From Chrysemys picta bellii (taxonomy: Eukaryota), in NCBI RefSeq assembly GCF_011386835.1, contig NC_088804.1, forward strand, positions 16,058,001 to 16,122,000: 64,000 nucleotides of DNA, read 5' to 3'. The notes beneath the pieces are model-generated. The model did no database searches and had not been told where the DNA came from. It was given only the letters and a program-made list of their open reading frames with translations. A program made the translations under genes and the position numbers. The first letter of the stretch is position 1; every line of letters begins with the position of its first letter. Positions 23,301 through 33,501 of this stretch are shown here, one piece after another.

Positions 23301-24120
23301 GTGTGCACCCAGTGTGCGTGCTCCGCATGGGTGCGTGCGTGCGCACTGTCCCCCGGTGCGCGCGCAGTGTGCTGTAGTCCGGCGGGGCGTGCGCACGGGG
23401 GCATGCCCGGCGAGTGCGCGCCGGGCTCCGTGTGGAGGAGCGCTGGCTGGCAGGCAGGCAGGCAGCCGGGGCGCAGGGAGCGCCAGCTGCTCGCCGTGGG
23501 AGGGGTGGGAGCGCGGGCGCGGGGAGGGGCCCCAGTCCCTTGTTCCACCCGCTTCACTTATTCATTCCTCCTGGGGAGCGGTGCCAGTAGCGGCAGCAGC
23601 GGCGGCTCCTCTGCTTCTCCAGCACTTTGAACTCCCCTCAGTGTAGCCGAGGGGGGTGGGAGCCCTCCCCCCTCTCCAGCGCCCTCCCTCACCCCACCCA
23701 GCCTGGCTTCACCCCCCTCCCGGACAGCGGGGCTGGGCAGCTCTTTCTCTCCCGCTTGCCTTGCAGCCAGGCTTGGATTGTCTGCGGGCAGAGGGGTGAG
23801 CCAGCGGGGCAGCCTTTTGTTCCCCCTCTGGCCGGCGAGCCCCTTCCTGGGGCAGGCAGGGCGCCGCGGGGAGAGCCGCTGCTGTATCAGCGCCGGGCGC
23901 GTGGCTTCTTTGTGTACAGCTGCTCCCGAAGGCAGAGGCAAACCCTGTGGCTTGGCACTGAGCTTTTTCAAAAAATAACAGCCCCTCCTGCCTCCCCGCC
24001 CCGGCAGAGAGAGACACCTACCTGGGCTGCTCCACCTCCTCCCTCTCCCTTGTTTACCTGCACTTTCCCACCGCCTCTTTCTTCTCTCCCTCGGTCCCTT
24101 CCCTTGTCTGTCCCCCTTGC
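23290..24120 (+). promoter_or_regulatory. TOX3: CpG island: TOX3 promoter and 5' leader
   Basis: By far the most GC- and CpG-dense segment of an otherwise CpG-depleted window; contains GC boxes and GCGCGC runs and sits directly upstream of the TOX3 start codon. The TSS cannot be placed from sequence. Confidence 0.85.
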
Positions 24121-24270
24121 CTCAAAGGAAGATTCGGCTCCCTCGCTAGCTCCAGCAACTTGGTCCTTTCCCTGAAGCAGAGATCCAGGGAAGGGAACTG
24201 AAGGTGGATCTGTTATAACCTCCCAGCGCTTTTCTCGAAGTGCACTTCTTGGACCAAAACCACCCCCAGC

Positions 24271-24372
24271 ATGGATGTAAGATTTTACCCAGCTGCAGCT
24301 GGCAGCTCTCTTCCCGGAGACCCTTCCAATCTGGACTTTGCCCAGTGTTTGGGTTACTACAGCTACAACAAG
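24271..24372 (+). CDS. TOX3: TOX high mobility group box family member 3, first coding exon (34 codons)
   Basis: [34 protein letters not shown] matches the recalled human TOX3 N-terminus ([29 protein letters not shown]) much better than TOX or TOX2. Strong Kozak context (agcATGG); phase-0 donor AAG|gtgaac at 24373. Confidence 0.93.
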
Positions 24373-24466
24373 GTGAACATTTCTGTTCTTATTCATTATT
24401 CTTCAGGTTGCTGTTATATTGCTTATCTCTGTATGTATTAGAGTTTGGTGTATGCCGGTGTGTGTG

Positions 24467-24487
24467 TGTGTGTATATATATATATAT
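24467..24487. repeat. (GT)n(AT)n microsatellite near the exon 1 donor
   Basis: Directly visible. Confidence 0.85.
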
Positions 24488-25314
24488 CAGGAGGTGGGGA
24501 TTTTAAGTACTGATCCAGAAGGTTAAAACTTACTTTTCGAAACTGCGAAATGGGACACAATGTCCTTAAAAAGTTTAAATGCTCACTTTCCCCCCGGCAT
24601 GCATTGATGGAGAGAGCCGCTGTGATTTTTGCTCTGTGAGAATATTTCCATCTCCCCCCAGTCTGAAAGGCACAGCTTTGTAATGGTGCATTTACATCTG
24701 TAAACGCAAATGTGTTACACTTTGAACAGCTACATCATGTTACCGCTTGTAGCGTTTCATTGGCCACAAGAGAATTACTAAGGAACCAAGTTTTCATCTG
24801 GGTAAAGGATCTTGTTTAGTTTTTTTTTTAAATATAACTTTCAGATGCGCTGCTTTCCCCCCGCATGTCGGGAACAATGGACAGCTTCTTTGAGTCCGTA
24901 GTAGCAGAGTGGGATTTCTATCCAGGGCCAGCACTTCTGAAGTTTTCCAGGGGCTGGACCCACTTCTGCTCCCAGTGTTATGTTATAGCAGTGTTCGGAT
25001 GGAAATGGTGCTTCAAGACAGTGCATCTCTGTTGTGGGGGAAAGAAAGACATTATTCTAATAACTCGTTCTTTCAGATTATTTCAGATCAGTTTTATCGA
25101 GTCTCTAAGTAAAGGATTATTACAAAGTGGAGGATTATCTAGAGGTTTATGTACCTCAGCTGCTAACTTTAAAAGGGAATAAACATTTTGATTTGGATAC
25201 TGTCAACGAAGTTGCAGTACTGCTTACTGTATTTGTTTTTCACACCTTTCTTGTGGCTTGTATGGATTTCAGAACAGAAGTTGCTAGTCAGAAGGAGATG
25301 ATGTTCCCCAGTGG

Positions 25315-25424
25315 GTTCTAGCCCACGAAAGCTTATGCCCAAATAAATTTGTTAGTCTCTAAGGTGCCACAAGGACTCCTCGTTGTTTTTGCTGATACAG
25401 ACTAACACGGCTACCACTCTGGAA
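25315..25424 (+). mobile_element. 110-bp Penelope terminal fragment with 8-bp TSD
   Basis: Same terminal sequence as 19236-19347; cccagtgg is duplicated at 25307-25314 and 25425-25432. Confidence 0.85.
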
Positions 25425-27198
25425 CCCAGTGGCTCAATTTATTTACAAAATATGTGTTTAAATAATATCAAGACAGTTTGTTTCACAAATTACCAAAATC
25501 TGGAAAATGTGAAGTTTAAGAATGATACTGTGACTCATGCTATTTTGAAAAAGACTTAGCTGTTTGCACTGCTGTGTGTCAATAGCACATTGAGCTATTA
25601 GCACTGGGCCCTCTCACATGCACATAAAGATCCCTTTCACACTGTGTTTTTCCTGGTGCTGTGTTTGCCCAACCTCTGGGGCCTTTTGTGATGTACTATA
25701 TGAAATGTTGGGGAAAGAAAGGGTGCTGCACGAAGTGTTAACTTACGTTAACTCTGATTGTAGAATCCTTTGTGAATGCCTCCTTAAAGTTTGAGGAAAC
25801 ACAGAGATCACTTTAAGGGAGAAATAATTTGGGATTAAAATAAATGGATGGAACAATATTTGAGTATGGAGAAACTTTCTCATGAAAAAATAACATACAA
25901 GTGGATATCACAAGTATACTTTTCTATTCCTCTTCAAATAATAATTCTAACTTCAATTGCTGCAATGTTGAAGGTTGTGAGTGCTTTTTTGGGGGGCTGC
26001 CTTGCTATTCAAATCCTAGATATACTTTCACTGGGAGATGTAGAACAGACTTCCCGGGAAATGTACATGACTCACACATTGCGCATGCTCTCAGCGAATC
26101 CAACACGGAGAATATTGGCATGCTGCTTTGTTAATAGTTAATATTAAAAGAAAACGTGAATGAAGATAACATGAGTGTCAAGCTTTGAATGCTGTTAAAG
26201 GCTTCAGAAATGCTAAAATGCCTAGTAAATATGCACTGTTGTTTGGTACACCAACTAATTTTGAAAACCTGAGTAATTTACTTGACATAAATTTATTTAT
26301 TCATTAACATTTTTATGTATTATACACCTCATGTACTTATTTCAGGAGCCACTACAGATACTGTGTAAATTCTTTTTGACTCAGTGATTGTTACATCCAA
26401 AATCTTGAATAGCTCCAAAACCAGAAGTTTGTTGTGTAAACTCAGTTGGTGCACATGCACATAAAGTTCACATCTAAAATCACCATACTCAATACATTTT
26501 TATTGTGGGCAGGAAAGGAAATAGTGCACATATGCAGCAAACATTAGAAGTAACCAACTTCTTGACCTGTAAGATTTTTGGAAAACCTAATGCAAGTTCC
26601 ATTTTTCTGTACTTGTTAACACAGTTTTGGTAAAGACTAGTAGGCCAAGCTTCAGCCTATAGCAGAAGACGTTTTTATGATCAGAGGAAAACTTGTAATA
26701 GATCTACATTGTGTGAGTTGTTACAGATAAAGCTTTGCATGTTAAGGGCCTGATCTTGAGCGGATGTGTGCACCCACAGTTCCTAGAGATGTTATTGGGA
26801 TTGGTAGGTATCATTTCCTGTAAGGATCAGTCTGGAAAGCAATAGCATACTGTGCAGGTGTTTCAAGAACAGAAGTGCAATCTCTGATTGAGTTCCTAGA
26901 AGGGAGGCTCCTGTTCTATAGTAAGTTAGATTCGACTTCTACCTATACTAAATAGCTCACCTAGTAGTTACTCTCCTGCATGGAAAATATACTCCCCACC
27001 CCTTAAAAACAGAGTTCACAAACGAAGGTTAGACTAGACAATCACAATGAGCCCTTCTGGCCTTAACTTGAAATGATGCATATATTTTTTTCTTATTAAG
27101 TTTAGTTTTGAAGCATTTCCCCCTCCCACTCCCCCAGATATGCTTAGGCAAAATAAACTATTTTAGTCACTGGGCTCAATTGAAAGCATATAACTCAA

Positions 27199-27271
27199 GG
27201 GTGAAATCCTGGCACCATTGAAGTCAATGGTACATCTCCTATTGACTTCAATGTGGCCATGGTTTCATCCC
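27199..27271. repeat. Short palindromic MITE-like repeat (CCATTGAAGTCAATGG family)
   Basis: gggtgaaatcctggc-cattgaagtcaat...attgacttcaatg-gccatggtttcatccc hairpin; related copies at 44665-44735, ~45500-45570, ~14990-15040 and elsewhere. Confidence 0.7.
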
Positions 27272-28089
27272 AGGTCTTTAAGACTCCCAGCTGAGTTCCC
27301 TGTCCACTGGACCACTCTGCCTCATTGTTACACTCTGTATTCATATTCTTCTTGTAATGTGCCAATGACATTACCTGTGACAATTGAGTTGCTGTGGAAA
27401 AAATGGTGTGATTACAAGTAAAATGGTTTCATGTTGGAACATATCACTGCATAAACAACACAGTTTCTATGAAAATATTGCCAGTATGATTAAAAAGTGT
27501 AGTTGACGATTCATGAGTCAGCCACTGCAAATTAATTGTTGAGTTATGATGTCTAAAAATTTCAACACAAGCACTGATGTTGGGTAAATACACTATAAAG
27601 ATAATCATTGGAGCAGAATTCTCACTCTAACATAATGCTCTCACCCTCCGCCTAAGAGACAATCTCTCTGTCCCTCCTCTGGAGGCCATGTGACTCTGCC
27701 TACCCCTAAACAGAGCTCTGGCATAAACGTCACAACCTAACCCTGAATCTGCAGGTATGCAGTACACAAGAAGGCTAACTTGATTTCTTCCACCAGAACA
27801 GTCTCTAAAAGTTGCTATTCTCAAGCTTAATGTCACCCTGTTGGTTACTCAGTGTTGTGGTAATTATTTCCAAGGGGTAGCACCTTGATTTCGAAGACTA
27901 TTAGTTCTGGAAATGAGATAGGCCCCTCCTGCAGTGTATTTAAGCACAAGTTTAACTTCAAGTACTAGAATAGTCCAAGTATTATTATTTGTATTATAGT
28001 AGCTTCTAGATATTTCTAAATTAGGATTCTGTTTTGCGAGGCACAGTACAAGCACATAGTATGCTCCAAAGGGCTTACAAAATAAATAG

Positions 28090-28200
28090 CTAAAGAGCAA
28101 TAGGTGAAACAGAGGCACAGAAAGGTGAAGTGATTTGTCCAAGGTCACCAGCATAGCCAGGAATAGAACCAAGAATTTAGACCAGTGCCTTATCTGGTCT
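28090..28200 (-). mobile_element. MIR-like SINE fragment
   Basis: gaaacagaggcacagaaaggtgaagtgatttgtccaaggtcac is the reverse-complement MIR core. Confidence 0.65.
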
Positions 28201-30384
28201 ATACTAGATCTCATTTACTTCAATATGATTAGTTACATATTTAAAGTGAAGTATGTGCTTAAATGCTTTTCAGGATTGGGACAGTAATTCATAAATTTTC
28301 CATACAGTTGTGACGGTAGTTGGGTAATCAAAGTACATAACCTGCCCCTCTGTGTGTTAGGACTGCTGGTGGTTCTCAAGGAGGAGACCCATCTCTGATT
28401 TGGTAGAATTGTATGAGGGACTGCAGTATGCCTCATTCTAGTTCAGGTCTGTTATATTTATATGCACTAAAAAAATCACCATAAAAGAGTTGTAAAAAAA
28501 TTATTAAAAGTTGAAAGACACCAGCTGTTACACATTCTGCTTCTGTCTTGCTCCCTTTTATGGTTCTGCTGATAGAAAGTAATTTTGGATGTAGGCTATA
28601 GTATAATGTGTTTTTTTTTCTAAATAAACTTTTTCCAGTTATTGAATAGATTACATGCCTTGAACTGAAAATGTTTATGGAACTTTTTGTCATAGAGAAT
28701 AAGGAAGTCTGTATAGCAGCCACAATTCTCATGGTGCTTTAAAAAAAAAAAAAAAACCAAAAAAAATTCTCCTGGTGCTTAAGTGAGTTATCATATTAGA
28801 ACTGAACAAAATTTGCTGTATTATTTAACAGTTTACATTTTTATTGAAATACAGTGTATTTATTCCATACAGATGCTCTTGAAGGTCAAAAATTTCAACT
28901 TTGGGTGCCTACATTTAGGCACCAAAATCCATATTTCGATGCCAGAGTTTGACCTTTTGGGCTGAAATATCTTGTAACTTATGGGTTTAACAATGAGTTT
29001 ATCCTATATTTTAATAGAGGTAGAGAAGAGACAGCAGTAGCCTGTGTCATGGGGAGCCTTTAGTCTGGCTGTACAGTAGTGAATGAAAGGAAAACTCTGT
29101 TTCCTTTTGGTGGCTGAGGACCCCGGGCACATAAGCTGAATGCCTTAAGACCTATGCAGCAGTGTGCGTTTTCAGAGAGAAATATGAGTTTTAAGTTGTC
29201 TGTAACACTCTATTGCTGCTCAGTCATGTTTACGCTGATCATATAAACATAGGTTTCACCACATGTCCCAGACAACTTATCTAAAGACAGTGGTTATGAG
29301 ATGGGGGACAATCCAAATAAGGGTCTGTGATCTCCCCTCTTATCACCTCTTTTTGGATTACCATTTTATCACTAGTATAGTTCAGTGAAACTCCTGGACA
29401 GCTGACAAATTTACTGAACTTTCACTTGCCCAAAATGGTAAACAGATCTGTCAACATTTCAGCACTGTACAGGCAACTTCTGTGGGGAACAACAGAATAG
29501 TGCAAAATGTCCCCCCGACCTCTGGGGACCAAGAATATTCCATCTGAGATTCCCTTTGCTCCAAAGAGGCATGAATTCTGATATCACTGAAACCTTTGTC
29601 AAGCCAGTGTGCTTTACTAATATAGGCTTCATGAGGAACAGTGAAAATCCAAAAGTAGAATAAAAATTACCGTTTGTGCCATCACTACCTTTTACAGTAT
29701 GTTGTCTTTCTGAAGAATGATCTACAGCTTTTCATGACTTGAGTCTTCTTGAACAGCTAGCTTAGAAAACAAGCCCCCTAAATGTCAAGGGCAGCAACTT
29801 TACAAAGGACTATGTTGTTTTGAAGGAGCTTGTACATAGTGGTGACACTAATTGGATTGTGCAATGTATAATTTTTTTGTTCAAATAATGCAACTTCTGT
29901 ATTGAATAAACCATTTGTATGTATGACACAGGGAGAAATTGGTTTTAAAAACAGTTAACATAGCAGAAGCTGTTTTCTCTTAATGATTTGGCAGCAAGTT
30001 TCATTACAACTAATTACAATTTAATCAGCAAGGACTTTTAATGAAGTACAATCGTGTAAGAAAAGTAAAGTGCGATAGTTTATTGTTAAAGGTTTTCTGA
30101 AGTATGTTTACTATGGCATATGAAAAGCCCAAACAGGTATCATTTAAAAATATGAAGTGATAGTTTGTAACAAATTAATTCTCATAAAAATATTTCCAAG
30201 AACGAGGAAAATTATTTTTAAATATCCTTTTGAGACCTGTTCTCATAAGATTGTTTACTTTAAATATTATTCTTTGATATAAAATGGTCACGTTCAGTGC
30301 TACCGAGGAAGTGAGGTGAAATTTTGGTAGCAATATTACAGGTAATCGTTTACATTCCACCACAATGGCTGGGACTGCCATTTA

Positions 30385-30714
30385 CAGTAGAATCTCAGCG
30401 TTACGAACTAACCAGTCAACCACACACCTCATTTGGAACCGGAAGTATGCAATCAGGCAGTAGCAGAGGACCTCCTCTCTCCCCCCCCCCCCCCCCACAA
30501 AAAAAAACCAAATACAGTATAGTACTGTGTTAAATGTAAACTACTAAAAAAAAATAGGGTAAGTAGCATTTTTCTTCTGCATAGTAAAGTTTCAAAGCAA
30601 TGTTCAGTTGTAAATTTTTGAAAGAACAACCATAATGTTTTATTCAGAGTTATCAACGTTTCAGAGTTATGAACAGCCTTCATTCCTGAGGTGTTCGTAA
30701 CTGAGTTTCTACTG
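30385..30714. mobile_element. Tigger/pogo-like MITE
   Basis: TIRs cagtagaatctcagcgttacgaac / gttcgtaactgagtttctactg, with TA on both flanks (30383-30384, 30715-30716). Confidence 0.85.
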
Positions 30715-32774
30715 TATTATATTTTTGCACAGTGCCTAGCACAATAGGCCAAACTGGTTGTAGCCTTTAGGTGGTATTTATTGCAATGTAAATATTATAA
30801 TTATTATTGATTTGTTGTGTTGTAGCCTTGTTGGCCCAGGATATGAAACAGACAAGGTGGGGTGAGGTAATATCTTTTAAGTGGACCAATTTCTCTTGGT
30901 GGAAGGGACAAGTTTTTGAGCTTTATTATTATTATTATTATTAGTGTTACTAATAATGGATTTGAGTAGTTTCATTGAATTCAGTAACACTATAAAAACA
31001 CCCAAGTTATGTAGACATAAAATAGATAATTCAGTGGGATTATTCAAATGCCTAAATGTTTGCACAATCAAGATCTTAAGTGCACAATATGCCCTTTTGA
31101 TCTGTAGACTCCCATTGCTGTTTACAGCATGATGTAAAATTGGGTACTGCACTGACAATATGCAGCCAAATACGTAATGGCAAGACTGAGTACTCAGATG
31201 CTTAAAACTCTTACCTGATAGCAGTTGTCCATACTGTTACCTCTCTATCTTATGTATTTATAGAGTGCCAGTCACCCTAGTATCTTGGAGATGATTTCTA
31301 CCAAAATTGAGAACTCCAGGGAGAAAAACGAATCAGGAATTTAGATAACAAAGTCACACAAGAACCTTCTGGTCTCTATGATTGTTAAATTAAGATGAAG
31401 CCTTTGATGAGATCATGTTTGCCCATTATTAAATGATTATTTTTATAATAAGGTTACCATTTCATATCTGTTTCCTTGTGTCTTAGCGCTTGTCAGCCCA
31501 AATCCAAATGCTATTTTTTGTGTGTTCTGTCTACTTGAAATGAAAACAACATATTGAAAAATACAGAAATTTAATACAAATATTGAACTTGTAATAACAG
31601 AGGGGAAAAATCATTTATTCTAGAATTACTCCTCAGATTTGCAGTTTTCATATCAAAATAGATGGTTTATTTGACAACACTTGGTGTATATATAAAGTCA
31701 TTTTCACTATTTCCCCTGCATAGTCAGTTAGCTGGTCCGTTTCTCATTTGTGAGCGACCCCTTATAAACATCAGCATGGGAGCAGAAAACCCTCCTATAA
31801 AGTTTAATAATTTCCTCTCCTCCTCTTCTCCCCCCCCCCCCCCAAATTAAGACCTATTATTAGGCGGTTCTCTGTCAAACAGGAATTTTTGAAATTGGTC
31901 AATTAAAAAAAAAATTCAAGTTGACTGTGCTCCTTTAAGCTGATATAAGATTTCTTGGATAGAAATACAGTGTGTTTCCTTTCACGAGCATTTTTGGGTT
32001 TTAACTTTGTTTATACTCATTTAGGTCTGATCCAATGTGGGAATTGTTTCATTGACATATATGGACACGAGATCAGGCCAATTCTTGGTGTTTCATGGGA
32101 AAAATAATTTGCAACTCAGTATTTTGTTTTTGCTACCGCAAAGTAGAATCCTTCTCAATGTGTGGTTCATCTTGACCCTGCATTATTCCTCTTAGCCACA
32201 AGTTTGCACAGGGATAGCCAAGAGCGAACTCTGGTGAAGGAGAGGTGGATGTAGCATACACAGAAGGTAAAGAAAGGTATGTTAGTGTGCGACTGGGCAA
32301 CTGCTAGAAGCAGGGATCTGTTTGAGTTCTCTTCCTGGATACTGCAACTGGTTTGGTTTGGATCTCATCAGCTGCTGGTCCTGGAAGTTGCTGTGGAGAG
32401 GCAATGGTACATCTCTCCTTCTCTTTCTCCCCATTAATGTATAAAATGAATGATTTGGGCCTCAATACCTTTACATCTGCATTTTCTTATCTTCAGTTAA
32501 CTCTCACCACTAAGACATCTTAATGGAACTACCACATAAGTAAAGATACATGTGTAAACGAGATTCAGAAGTGCATAGCTACCTGTATTACAAAGTCAAT
32601 TGTCCTTTCCTATTTTACTGAAAAATGCACCCAGTTTTTGGAGTGAGTGCCTTCTTATGGGTTGAGCTTTTGTGGATGTCTCTTATCCACTAAAGTAAAA
32701 CAATAGTAAAGTTTACATGTAATTTTCAGTTTGAAAGCTACTTTCCCTTTCAAACAGTAATTGCAAATCCTTTT

Positions 32775-33159
32775 GTTGTTGTTGTTGTTGTTGTGAAACT
32801 GCTTTTAAAATTTTATTAAGATGATGATAATAAAAAAAATTGTGAACAGGGTTTGAGCATAGAAGTTTCTGGTTATCAGGGAATAACATACAGATTATCG
32901 AGGGTGCAAAGTTTGGCTTAAGATCAGGTGGCATGAGGAATACATAATCTGCAATATCCCCGATTGGGGGTAAAAGGTTGATGGGTCAAAGTACAGACAT
33001 TGAGATATGAGGGTATGAAGTTCATAGATTGTGTTCGGGTGTGGACTATAATGAGTGGATATGATGATGAGGATGGATTGACCCTCATTTGATGAGATTT
33101 AATGTTTAGGGAGTTTATGGTTCCAGTTCATATGATCCAACGGAGAAGGTCACTTGGTC
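32775..33159 (-). mobile_element. 5'-truncated non-LTR retroelement 3' end, family unassigned
   Basis: The minus strand ends AATAAA...(CAA)n; cctttt is duplicated at 32769-32774 and 33160-33165. Confidence 0.6.
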
Positions 33160-33382
33160 CCTTTTATGAAACAAACTCTTCACACCTGGTATAAAAACCA
33201 GCCGTCCTCATTTGCACTTCTACTGGTGATCCTGAAACTTGGGGGTTCTATTTAACACTGAGAATGGGCACGCCATTTGCATTGAAATCAAGTAGTTTAA
33301 AAAGAAAAAGAGAGAGCGTAAGAAAATTAGCAAACATTTCAAAACTGGGTACCTGAAGTTAGGCACCTGAATCCATATTTAA

Positions 33383-33501
33383 TCCCTGCAAACACTTACA
33401 CATGTGAACAATTTTATGTGCATGAGTAATCCCATTAAGCTCAATGGGATAACTTGCATGTGTAAAGTCAGTTACATATGTAAGTGTTTGTAGGATTGGG
33501 G
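33383..33501. repeat. ~120-bp palindromic MITE-like element
   Basis: 52-nt arms around a 6-nt loop (about 36 Watson-Crick plus 9 G-U pairs by hand count), flanked by the direct repeat catatttaa (33374-33382, 33502-33510). Confidence 0.7.

Noticed and set aside
23052-24396. Many long overlapping ORFs on both strands (e.g. 23196-23630, 23627-24175, 23558-23971)
   Set aside because: They arise from stop-codon scarcity in the GC-rich CpG island; translations are low-complexity Ala/Gly/Pro/Arg, mostly with non-ATG starts and no recognisable domain.
24841-24890. REST/NRSE-like half-sites (ttcaga...ggacagc) in early intron 1
   Set aside because: The halves are ~30 nt apart and poorly matched.
32940-33159. 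Possible mitochondrial insertion (NUMT), suggested by the G-poor strand bias
   Set aside because: No mitochondrial gene is recognisable in any frame, and the tail plus TSD indicate retroposition.
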